NCBI GenBank assembly: GCA_026391075.1
Contig: JAPLES010000002.1
Span: forward strand, 156,673-220,672
DNA: 64,000 nucleotides
Source of the DNA: Bacteroidota bacterium
GTDB taxonomy: Bacteria; Bacteroidota; Bacteroidia; Chitinophagales; LD1
Direction of reading: 5' to 3'
Below, one piece after another: positions 9,871 to 18,303 of the stretch. The notes beneath the pieces were generated by a model that did not search any database, was not told the origin of the DNA, and saw only the letters and a program-made list of their open reading frames with translations. The position numbers and the translations under genes were made by a program. The first letter of the stretch is position 1, and every line of letters starts with the position of its first letter.

Positions 9871-10443
9871 ATGCAACTTCAACCCGAACTTACCGACCTT
9901 CTTCAAATGGCTTACTCTGCCGAGAAAGCCGCTGCCTTTGCTTACATAGGCCATGCCGGTTCTTTGAATAACGCAGAAGTAAAACGCGCAGTAAACCAGA
10001 TTGAAACAGACGAATGGAACCACAGGCGCGAAGTACTCGCGATAATGAATGAATACAATGTTCCAATTTCGAAATGGTATGAATTGCGGTTTTACATTAT
10101 TGGCAGAATCATTGGTGCAAGTTGTTATGTCATCGGCTGGTTTATGCCTATTTATTTTGCAGGAAGATTAGAGAGCGGCAACGTGTGCGAATACATCCGC
10201 ATGAAAGATTACTTCAACAAAGCGGGCATTACTAAGCACGATAAAATTCTCTACGAAATGGGAATTAAAGAGCGCGAGCATGAAGATTATTTTCTCTCGC
10301 TCGTGAAGGGCAGCCGACTCATGTTCTTTTTCGAAAAAGTTTTTGGTTGGGGAAGGAGTGAAAGTTTTAATCAGGTAAACGTAACGGATAGAGAAAAAGA
10401 CCTCAATACCATCAACTCTAATTCTACCGGTTGTAAAATGTAA
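9871..10443 (+). CDS. Ferritin-like di-iron-carboxylate fold protein with membrane segment
   Basis: Two ExxH motifs (ETDEWNH, EREHEDY) sit in helical context. A central hydrophobic stretch reads IIGRIIGASCYVIGWFMPIYFAG. Confidence 0.55.
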   Translation: MQLQPELTDLLQMAYSAEKAAAFAYIGHAGSLNNAEVKRAVNQIETDEWNHRREVLAIMNEYNVPISKWYELRFYIIGRIIGASCYVIGWFMPIYFAGRLESGNVCEYIRMKDYFNKAGITKHDKILYEMGIKEREHEDYFLSLVKGSRLMFFFEKVFGWGRSESFNQVNVTDREKDLNTINSNSTGCKM

Positions 10444-10450
10444 ACACCAA

Positions 10451-10481
10451 AAAAGCCGCTCTCTTCACAGCAGCGGCTTTT
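10451..10481. terminator. Bidirectional rho-independent terminator between convergent genes
   Basis: aaaagccgct (10451-10460) pairs perfectly with agcggctttt (10472-10481) across an 11-nt loop. A- and T-runs flank both sides. Confidence 0.6.
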
Positions 10482-10515
10482 CCATTACACCTTCGTGTTC
10501 TTAATGGTTGTAAAA

Positions 10516-12474
10516 CTACTTCGCAATCGTAAACTTCATGCGCTGTGTTTCGCCATTGGTATTTACTTCAAAAATATAAACACCATTGCTCAGCGTGTTT
10601 GTGTTCATGCTTTGTGTATTCAATCCTTCGGCAGCTTCGCCTTCGGTAAACAACACGCGTTGTCCGCTCAAATTATAAACGCTCAGCTTGGCAGCACCGG
10701 CTACAGCACTCAGGTATTCTACATTCAATTTATCACTCGCGGGGTTCGGAAATAATTTCAACACCGGCTCTACTATTGCTTCCGCAGTAATTAAATCGGT
10801 ATTGTCACCTGTTCTGAACGATGTAGAAGAAGTAGAAACTTTAAGTGTGTAACAAGAAGTAGCGCTCGTAGCACCGTTGTAACCGTACACCTTCACATAA
10901 TAAGTTCCTGTAGTAGTAGCATTGTATTTTATGCTCTCGCTTGTAGTTCCACTATTGGCACCGGTAGCTATTTTGGTAGAAGCATTTGATTTGTAAAGCA
11001 CCACATCATAATCAAAAGGCAAATTAGTAAGGTCTACTTTTATTTTAATTCCTCCGGCAGTAGTAGTGGTAAATTTAAACCAATCAACATCGGTGCTTGG
11101 CGTAATAAAGCCCGTGAGGTTAGTATTCAGCGCAGGTATTTTTGCAGTAGAAGAACTATTGTTCGATTCATAAATATCGGTGCAGGTAGAAGGAACCGAA
11201 GTAGTAAATGTTGCTGAAGCACTAAACGCAGCAGAAGCCGAAGCGCAAACTGTTTGCACTTGAAACTCATAGTTGGTTCCCTGTGTTAAACCACTTACTG
11301 CATACGAAACCGAAGTAGTGTTAGCGCTGTTCCACGTGGCAGCACCAACAGCGCGGTATTGCACATTATAACTTGCCGCACCCGCTACAGCCGACCAGTT
11401 AAGTATAGCCGTAGTAGTAGTAACAGAAGTCCCGCTCAATCCTGCCGCCACACTACAAGCTCCTGCCACAGGCGCCTGGCAACCCAGCGAAGTCAGCAAA
11501 CCAACTCGTGAACCACCCGTAGTAAATAAAGCGTTCATACGAGTTGATTGCCCAGCGGTAAACATGTTCATACAGCCGTCATCGGTATAGTCCATGTAGT
11601 TCATAAACATTACACCTGGTGAAGAAGCAGAGCAACCATCGGTTGTTGGAAAGGCGGGGCAACCATAATTCTCTCCTGCTTGGTTTGGTGTATCACCCAC
11701 GTTATCGGTGCCGGTGCACGCAGTGCCGTCATCGCCCCAAATGTGATATAGATTTAACCAGTGCCCCACTTCGTGTGTTGCTGTTCTTCCAAAATTATAA
11801 GGAGCTGCAGCGCCCGGTGTTGTCATACTTCCTACCGAAGAATATAAAACCACTACACCATCTGTCGTTGCACTTCCACCCGGAAACTGTGCGTAGCCAA
11901 GCAAGCCTCCACCCAAATTACAAACCCAAAGATTTAAATATTTAGTGGCATCCCATGCAGCATCACCACCGGTGGCATTTTTCTTTACGGCATCGTTGGT
12001 TGTAAAAGAAGTAACTGTTGTTGACTTGCGAACAATGCCTGTAGAAGCATTACCACTCGGGTCGCGCTGCGCCAAACAAAACTGAACGTTTGTATTAGCT
12101 GCCACCGCTGCAAATGCCGAAGGTACACTCGAAGCATCGCTGTTTAATTTTGCGTAGTCCAAATTCAATTGATTAATCTGAGCAAGAATTAATGCATCAG
12201 AAATGTTTTGTGACGCAGTATTATAAACCACATGCACCACCACTGGTATAGTCACCACAGCGCGCGAGTCACCCGTGCCGCCTTCCCGAATAAATGTTTC
12301 CGTTTGTCTTTCTATATCTTGCATTCTGTCAGCAAGACTTGGGTCAGCAATTAACTGCTCCTGCAAATGTTCAGCAGTAGAACAGCGATGATAGTTTTGT
12401 TGAGCAGTAAGTGTGGTGGCTGTAAAAAGCACACACAGTAGCAGAGCAGAAGAGAAAACTTTTTTCATGGTCAA
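10516..12474 (-). CDS. Secreted M43-family zinc metalloprotease with FN3 and pre-peptidase domains and a T9SS type A C-terminal sorting domain
   Basis: Signal peptide is present. The zinc motif HEVGHWLNLYHIWGDD is followed by a FN3-like segment (AILNWSAV..YNVQYR..YEFQVQTV). The C-terminus LKLFPNPASDKLNVEY..GVYIFEVNTNGETQRMKFTIAK is a Por_Secre_tail. Confidence 0.85.
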   Translation of the reverse strand: MTMKKVFSSALLLCVLFTATTLTAQQNYHRCSTAEHLQEQLIADPSLADRMQDIERQTETFIREGGTGDSRAVVTIPVVVHVVYNTASQNISDALILAQINQLNLDYAKLNSDASSVPSAFAAVAANTNVQFCLAQRDPSGNASTGIVRKSTTVTSFTTNDAVKKNATGGDAAWDATKYLNLWVCNLGGGLLGYAQFPGGSATTDGVVVLYSSVGSMTTPGAAAPYNFGRTATHEVGHWLNLYHIWGDDGTACTGTDNVGDTPNQAGENYGCPAFPTTDGCSASSPGVMFMNYMDYTDDGCMNMFTAGQSTRMNALFTTGGSRVGLLTSLGCQAPVAGACSVAAGLSGTSVTTTTAILNWSAVAGAASYNVQYRAVGAATWNSANTTSVSYAVSGLTQGTNYEFQVQTVCASASAAFSASATFTTSVPSTCTDIYESNNSSSTAKIPALNTNLTGFITPSTDVDWFKFTTTTAGGIKIKVDLTNLPFDYDVVLYKSNASTKIATGANSGTTSESIKYNATTTGTYYVKVYGYNGATSATSCYTLKVSTSSTSFRTGDNTDLITAEAIVEPVLKLFPNPASDKLNVEYLSAVAGAAKLSVYNLSGQRVLFTEGEAAEGLNTQSMNTNTLSNGVYIFEVNTNGETQRMKFTIAK

Positions 12475-12605
12475 GGATTTAGTTTCGTAAAAAATAGCAT
12501 AACGAAGCTAAGAACCGAAATTGAAAACAACACGTTTTAAAACTCCCTTACAAAGCAAGAAATCAGAAGACGAAATATTTTCTCAAATTTGCCGCACGTT
12601 ATTTT

Positions 12606-13196
12606 TTGTATTCTGTATTTACCATTTACTATTCACTACTAACTATTCACTTCTTCTTGCCCATCACCTTCCACACAGCCGACATTAAATTCTCTCTGCG
12701 CAATCGAACTGCGCTACGCGCATTTATTGAAAAACAAATCACGGTTGCGCTTCACTCTGCCCCTTCGTCCCCTCGTCCCCTCGTCACCCTCTCTTTCATC
12801 TTCTGCTCCGATGAATATCTCTTAGCCATCAACAAACAATTCCTCAACCACGACTACTATACCGACATTCTTACCTTTCCCCTTGTTCAAACCAAAGAAG
12901 AACTCGAAGCAGAGATTTATATAAGTGTTGACAGGGTGAAGGAGAACAGTTTAAAGTTCAAAGTTCAAAGTTCAAAGACTAAAGGTGAGCCCATCCCCTC
13001 GCCACCCGTCACCCGCCCCTTCGAACTTGAGCTAAGAAGAGTTATCTTCCACGGAGTGTTGCATCTATTGGGTTATAAAGACAAAACAAAGGCTAATAAA
13101 TTGATAATGAGGAAAATGGAAGACAAATGGATAAATCAGTTTTCGACCTATAGTCTTAAACATATTGCGGTAAAAGAGAAAAAGCAAAGGAAGTAA
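12606..13196 (+). CDS. ybeY: rRNA maturation RNase YbeY (carries in-frame repeat insertions)
   Basis: Contains the catalytic HGVLHLLGYKD motif, IFCSDEYLLAINKQFLNHDYYTDILTF and an EIYISVDRV block. The family N-terminus aligns near PITFHTADIKF, so the TTG at 12657 is an alternative start. Confidence 0.8.
   Translation: MYSVFTIYYSLLTIHFFLPITFHTADIKFSLRNRTALRAFIEKQITVALHSAPSSPRPLVTLSFIFCSDEYLLAINKQFLNHDYYTDILTFPLVQTKEELEAEIYISVDRVKENSLKFKVQSSKTKGEPIPSPPVTRPFELELRRVIFHGVLHLLGYKDKTKANKLIMRKMEDKWINQFSTYSLKHIAVKEKKQRK
12616..12650. repeat. Degenerate heptamer tandem array (TATTCAC type, 5 units)
   Basis: tatttac catttac tattcac tactaac tattcac. Confidence 0.75.
12762..12793. repeat. Octamer tandem array (CCCTCGTC type, 4 units) inside ybeY
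   Basis: ccttcgtc ccctcgtc ccctcgtc accctctc. Confidence 0.8.
12949..12983. repeat. Heptamer tandem array (GTTCAAA type, 5 units) inside ybeY
   Basis: gtttaaa gttcaaa gttcaaa gttcaaa gactaaa. Confidence 0.85.
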
Positions 13197-13274
13197 AGGG
13201 CGCATTTGTCCTCCGCAGGCAGAGGTGTCTCGCGGCTTTGTGCGAGACGGAGGTGGATGAATTTAAACTCTTTT

Positions 13275-13362
13275 CGTTCCACATGGCACAATATCAAAAG
13301 CGTGTTCAACTTTAAACTCGAAACTTTGAACTTTAAACCATTCCCGTTCCACGTGGCACAAT
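13275..13362. repeat. Pair of 18-bp direct repeats flanking the inverted heptamer array
   Basis: cgttccacatggcacaat (13275-13292) and cgttccacgtggcacaat (13345-13362) are identical at 17 of 18 positions. Confidence 0.8.
13304..13338. repeat. Inverted copy of the GTTYAAA heptamer array (5 units)
   Basis: gttcaac tttaaac tcgaaac tttgaac tttaaac. The reverse complement of its 3' 17 nt (13322-13338) is identical to 12949-12965. Confidence 0.85.
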
Positions 13363-13399
13363 GTATTTTATAATCCGCAATCCGCATTAAATTCGCGCC

Positions 13400-15298
13400 A
13401 TGTTCAAAGAGTATGATGTTATAGTAGTTGGTGCCGGTCATGCAGGCTGCGAAGCCGCAGCCGCAGCCGCCAATATGGGCAGCAGCGTATTACTCGTTAC
13501 TATGAACATGCAAACTATTGCACAAATGAGCTGCAATCCCGCCATGGGCGGAATAGCCAAGGGGCAAATAGTTCGTGAAATTGATGCCCTCGGTGGCTAC
13601 TCCGGTATTGTAAGCGATAAGAGTATGGTGCAGTTTCGTATGCTTAATAGAAGCAAAGGTCCGGCTATGTGGAGTCCCCGCACTCAGAACGACAGAATGG
13701 TGTTCGCAACTGTGTGGAGAACCATGCTAGAAGAGACTAAAAATGTGGACTTCTGGCAGGATATGGTTGGCGGGCTGTTGATAAGGGATGGAAAGATGTG
13801 CGGAATTCGAACTTCAATGGGGATAGAGATTCCGTCCAAATCGGTGGTTTTAACCAACGGCACCTTCCTTAATGGCTTAATTCATATCGGTGAAAAGAAC
13901 TTCGGTGGTGGCAGAGCAGGAGAAAAAGCGGCTCATGGTATTACCGAGCAACTAGTAGAGTTGGGCTTCGAAGCAGGCAGAATGAAAACAGGTACTCCCC
14001 CGCGTTTAGATGGAAGAAGCCTCGACTATTCCAAAATGGAGGAGCAATTTGGAGATGAAGAAGTAACGGGCTTCTCCTTCAAAAAAGGGGTGAATCCGTT
14101 TGAAGGTCAGAAGATGGGAGACGGAAGGCCGAAGCTAAAACAATTGAGCTGCCATATTACTTATACCAATCAGAAAGTCCACGACATCCTGCGCACGGGC
14201 TTTGATAAAAGCCCTATGTTTAGCGGAAGAATAAAGGGGCTTGGTCCGCGCTATTGCCCTTCAGTAGAAGATAAGATTGACCGCTTTGCCGATAAAGAAA
14301 GACATCAGTTATTTGTAGAGCCAGAAGGTTGGAACACTGTGGAGATTTACCTAAACGGGTTTTCTACCTCACTTCCCGAGGATGTTCAATATAAAGCATT
14401 GCAACAGGTTCCCGGCTTAGAAAACGTAAAAATGTTTCGCCCCGGTTATGCTATAGAGTATGATTATTTTCCGCCAACGCAATTGCGTCACTCTCTCGAA
14501 ACAAAGTTGATTAAGGGATTGTTCTTTGCCGGTCAAATCAACGGCACTACAGGTTATGAAGAAGCCGCTTGTCAAGGTTTAATGGCAGGGATCAACGCAT
14601 ATCGTTCGGCTAAGGAAGAAGAGCCAGTTGTTTTAAAGCGTTCTGATGCTTATATCGGTGTGCTGATTGATGACCTCATCAACAAGGGAACAGAAGAGCC
14701 TTACCGTATGTTTACGAGCCGCGCAGAGTATCGTATTTTGTTGCGCCAGGACAATGCCGACCTACGTCTCACCGAACTCGGTTACAGCATCGGATTGGCA
14801 GATAATGACCGATACGAGCGGGTGAAGCAGAAGAAAGAAGCGCTGAAAAAAATACGCGAATTCTTTACGCAATACGGAGTAGAGCCAACTGAAATAAACG
14901 CCACCCTCACTGATGCAGGAACAGTAGAGTTAAACCAAAAGGTGAAACTCGACAAGGTATTAATGCGTCCTCAGGTGAACATGGAGATTCTTCGCAAAGG
15001 AGTAAAGGCGCTAGATGAATTCCTTTCGAAATACGATAAAGACTTTATCGAGTCGGCTGAAATAGTAATGAAATACGATGCTTATATTGAAAAGGAAATG
15101 GAACTGGTGCAGAAGATGGGTAAGCTGGAAGATATTAAACTGCAGGCAGACTACGATTATAGCAAACTGAAATCATTGAGCATTGAAGCGCGACAAAAAT
15201 TAGCCAAAATAAAACCCACTTCCTTGGGGCAGGCAAGCCGAATCAGCGGAGTTTCTCCCGCAGATGTTTCGGTATTGCTGGTACACATGGGACGTTAA
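13400..15298 (+). CDS. mnmG: tRNA uridine 5-carboxymethylaminomethyl modification enzyme MnmG (GidA)
   Basis: 632 aa. FAD-binding motif YDVIVVGAGHAGCEAA, plus SCNPAMGG, GPRYCPSVEDK and FFAGQINGTTGYEEAA. Confidence 0.95.
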   Translation: MFKEYDVIVVGAGHAGCEAAAAAANMGSSVLLVTMNMQTIAQMSCNPAMGGIAKGQIVREIDALGGYSGIVSDKSMVQFRMLNRSKGPAMWSPRTQNDRMVFATVWRTMLEETKNVDFWQDMVGGLLIRDGKMCGIRTSMGIEIPSKSVVLTNGTFLNGLIHIGEKNFGGGRAGEKAAHGITEQLVELGFEAGRMKTGTPPRLDGRSLDYSKMEEQFGDEEVTGFSFKKGVNPFEGQKMGDGRPKLKQLSCHITYTNQKVHDILRTGFDKSPMFSGRIKGLGPRYCPSVEDKIDRFADKERHQLFVEPEGWNTVEIYLNGFSTSLPEDVQYKALQQVPGLENVKMFRPGYAIEYDYFPPTQLRHSLETKLIKGLFFAGQINGTTGYEEAACQGLMAGINAYRSAKEEEPVVLKRSDAYIGVLIDDLINKGTEEPYRMFTSRAEYRILLRQDNADLRLTELGYSIGLADNDRYERVKQKKEALKKIREFFTQYGVEPTEINATLTDAGTVELNQKVKLDKVLMRPQVNMEILRKGVKALDEFLSKYDKDFIESAEIVMKYDAYIEKEMELVQKMGKLEDIKLQADYDYSKLKSLSIEARQKLAKIKPTSLGQASRISGVSPADVSVLLVHMGR

Positions 15299-15300
15299 AG

Positions 15301-16974
15301 ATGAATTACCAATTCAACCTTCAAACAATCTTTCCGAGTGCGATAATTATTTTAATTGCACTCATACAATTTGGCTGCGCCAACGAAAGTGTTCCCACCG
15401 GAGGAAAGAAAGACGAAAAACCACCCGAAGCAAAGAAGATTTCACCGACCAATAAATCACTGCACTTCAACAGCACGCAAATAAAAATAACCTTCAACGA
15501 GTTTTTAAAAGAAACAGGATTCACACAAACACTTATCTCTCCTCCGCAGGATAAGAGACCCGAGTTTCATGTTGAGGGCAGAACGCTTACCATAAAATTA
15601 AAGAGTCCGCTGCGCGACAGCACCACATATACCATCAACTTTGCCGATGATGTAAAAGATTTAAACGAAGGAAACACTACAAGTAACTTCAGCTATGTGT
15701 TTTCTACAGGAGACTTTATAGATTCTCAAAAAATTTCGGGTTCTGTGATGCTGGCAAAGGACAATACAAACCAGGAAGGCATTGTAGTGTCGCTTTATCC
15801 GAAGGATTCCGGAGATGGAATTCTGAAATCAAAACCATTTTACTTTGCAAAGACGGATAAGGCAGGGCAATTCAAAATTGAGAACATCAAGGCGGGCAAA
15901 TATTTGGCCTATGCGCTCAAGGACCAGAACTATAATTATATCTACGACCAGCCAAACGAGCTAATCGCCTTTTCAGATTCAATTCTTGACCTTACCGATT
16001 CGGTTAAAGCTGAAGTCAGGCTATTTCTGTTTGATGAAAACAAAAAGAAGGCGCAATTAGATATGGTGAAGGCGTTAAGTCCGGGACAACTACAAATTAG
16101 TTATAACAGACCTATATCAAACTTTAAATTAGACTGGAGGGGACTTTCAAAAGAAGACTTCGCCTATATTTACCCTACGAATGATACTATAATATACTGG
16201 TATTCAAAATATTACATTCAAAAAGATAGCTTCTATCTCAGCGCAAATGATACCATTCTTGATACCGCGAGGTTGGAATTGAAATTTGTGAAGCAAGATT
16301 CTCTCTTCACGGGGAACAATATTTTGTCAGCGGGTGTAAATCAATCAAATAGAAGCAAAGAAGACACTGCTAAGCGCGTGGATTTTACTTTTCAGGAGTT
16401 TAATAAAGCGGTTAAAATAAATCTTACCCGACCTTGCATCAATATAAACGAAACAAAACGCCTTCATTTATTCGAAGATTCAAGCGCAAATTATTCTGAA
16501 TTGAAATTTACGGTAGATGAAAAAACAAAACAGAGTATCACTGCCGATTTTCAGAAAAAGGAAAATGCAAAATACAGTATAGAAATTCCTGATTCAACAG
16601 TGCAGGATATTTTTGGTAAGTGGAATAGAAAACTCGTTTACAAATTTATTACGAATGCAAAAAACAGCTACGGCAATTTGCACATCACACTCAAGACACA
16701 ACACCCCGAAAATTATTACGTGATAAAATTGCTGGATGCAAGTAACACTACAGTGGAGGAATTTTTCTTTACCGGTAATGGTGAAAGAAAAGTTAGTGCA
16801 GAAAATATTTTAGCAGGCAGCTATAAATTTGTAGTGATTGAAGACACCAACAAAAACGGAGTGTGGGATACTGGAATCTTTAAAGACAAAAAACAACCCG
16901 AAAAAATATTCACTTACAAAGAAAGCTACCAACTCAAAGGCGGTTGGGATTTAGATGCTGAAGTGAAATTTTAA
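15301..16974 (+). CDS. Ig-like domain-containing lipoprotein (hypothetical)
   Basis: Lipobox LIQFGC followed by DEKPPEA and a beta-rich sequence, as in SbsA-Ig-like lipoproteins of Bacteroidota. Function is unknown. Confidence 0.55.
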   Translation: MNYQFNLQTIFPSAIIILIALIQFGCANESVPTGGKKDEKPPEAKKISPTNKSLHFNSTQIKITFNEFLKETGFTQTLISPPQDKRPEFHVEGRTLTIKLKSPLRDSTTYTINFADDVKDLNEGNTTSNFSYVFSTGDFIDSQKISGSVMLAKDNTNQEGIVVSLYPKDSGDGILKSKPFYFAKTDKAGQFKIENIKAGKYLAYALKDQNYNYIYDQPNELIAFSDSILDLTDSVKAEVRLFLFDENKKKAQLDMVKALSPGQLQISYNRPISNFKLDWRGLSKEDFAYIYPTNDTIIYWYSKYYIQKDSFYLSANDTILDTARLELKFVKQDSLFTGNNILSAGVNQSNRSKEDTAKRVDFTFQEFNKAVKINLTRPCININETKRLHLFEDSSANYSELKFTVDEKTKQSITADFQKKENAKYSIEIPDSTVQDIFGKWNRKLVYKFITNAKNSYGNLHITLKTQHPENYYVIKLLDASNTTVEEFFFTGNGERKVSAENILAGSYKFVVIEDTNKNGVWDTGIFKDKKQPEKIFTYKESYQLKGGWDLDAEVKF

Positions 16975-18278
16975 TTCACTCCATACTTCTTCGAAAACTT
17001 TGCGTTCAGTTCTTTCTGCTTGTTATTTAAATCAATCTGCCGCCCGCTGATGAAAGAGTATTCGATGTTCGATGTTTTCATATCGAGCACGTCACCGGCA
17101 GAAACAATCAGCGATGCCTCTTTGCCCTTTTCAAGCGAACCAATTTTGTTTTCTACTCCTAAAATTTTTGCGGTGCTGAAAGTAATGGCTGTCAATGCGT
17201 CTTCTTTACTTAAACCATAAGTCGCTGCACTACCAGCATTGAAAGCCAGATTTCTTTCCTGCCAAAAACCACCAGGAATACTTAAACAAAAAAGCACACC
17301 AGCCTTTTTCAACAGTGATGGGGTTTTAAATTGTTGGTCAATATCTGCATCATCGCTAGCTGGTAGTTCGTGTGTTTTGCCGAGAATAACAGCGATATTT
17401 TTTTTCGCGAGTTCATCAGCAATCTGCCAGCTTTCATCGCCACCGCTAATCACCAAATGCAAATTAAATTCTTCAGCAAAAGCAATAGCGTGTTGCATTT
17501 CTTTTACGCGGTCAACATTTACATAAAGTGTTTTAGCTTTTGAAAATAAATCGCGCATGGCTTCGAAACGAAGATTTGTTTTGTCGTGCGCACCGGCTTC
17601 GGCATAGCTTTTTGCATCGCGAAAATAATCGCGCAGAGCGTTCACTTGCTTGTCGTAATCTTTATTAACTTTTGGTGCAGAGATTTCATAGTCCCAACCG
17701 CGCATATTAGGCCAGTTGAGCCACACGCCATCTTCTTTTACTAATGCATCTTCCCAATTCCACGCATCTAATTGCACCACAGCAGACGTTCCGGAAATAG
17801 TTCCATACAGCGGAGTGCTTTGCGCAAACAAAACTCCGTTGCTGCGAACAGTTGGCGTAACCCGTGAGTCAGTATTGTATGCAATGATGGCACGTGCATC
17901 AGGATTGTAATTGCCCACCTCGGCATAATCGTTTGTAGCTCGCACAGCTTCAATTTCATCGAGACCTACTTTTGTGTTAGCTGCAATAATACCCGGGTAA
18001 ATTTGTTTACCGGTACAGTCAATCACCTTACCCATGGGTTCATCTGTTTTGAAAACAGGATTTTCTTCGAGGAAAATAATTTTACCATTCTCGAAACCGA
18101 TGGTAGCGTTTTGCAAAACTTTTCCATTGCCGATATGAATAGTGGCATGAGTCAGGTAAACACTTTGCGATTGCTTAGGTGCGGGTGCGGGCACATCGGA
18201 TTGTGCAAAAAGTGGTGAGTAGTTGGTAGTGAGTATTGAGATAGTTAATACGAGCACTTTAAAATTTACTGGCTTCAT
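16971..18278 (-). CDS. Amidohydrolase family protein (small partner of a pair)
   Basis: Start at ATG 18278 gives the signal peptide MKPVNFKVLVLTISILT. The body has IYPGIIAANTKVGL, a metal-dependent hydrolase fold and a C-terminal GSLEKGKEASLIV. The longer ORF would overlap the upstream gene. Confidence 0.78.
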   Translation of the reverse strand: MKPVNFKVLVLTISILTTNYSPLFAQSDVPAPAPKQSQSVYLTHATIHIGNGKVLQNATIGFENGKIIFLEENPVFKTDEPMGKVIDCTGKQIYPGIIAANTKVGLDEIEAVRATNDYAEVGNYNPDARAIIAYNTDSRVTPTVRSNGVLFAQSTPLYGTISGTSAVVQLDAWNWEDALVKEDGVWLNWPNMRGWDYEISAPKVNKDYDKQVNALRDYFRDAKSYAEAGAHDKTNLRFEAMRDLFSKAKTLYVNVDRVKEMQHAIAFAEEFNLHLVISGGDESWQIADELAKKNIAVILGKTHELPASDDADIDQQFKTPSLLKKAGVLFCLSIPGGFWQERNLAFNAGSAATYGLSKEDALTAITFSTAKILGVENKIGSLEKGKEASLIVSAGDVLDMKTSNIEYSFISGRQIDLNNKQKELNAKFSKKYGVN

Positions 18279-18303
18279 TTTTTCTTTTTTTGAAATGAGA
18301 AAT

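Noticed and set aside
13283-13300. TGGCAC within the 18-bp direct repeats as a sigma-54 -24 element
   Set aside because: No TTGC(A/T) -12 element occurs at the required 5-nt spacing in either copy (aatatCAAAA, aatgtATTTT).
12949-13338. Segment bracketed by exact 17-bp inverted repeats as an invertible or mobile cassette
   Set aside because: The interior contains the indispensable YbeY catalytic motif and stop codon, and there is no recombinase nearby. It is more simply two copies of the same simple-repeat family in opposite orientation.
13148-13441. 97-aa minus-strand ORF spanning the ybeY-mnmG gap
   Set aside because: It overlaps both real genes and consists of translated simple repeats (LKFKVSSLKLN).
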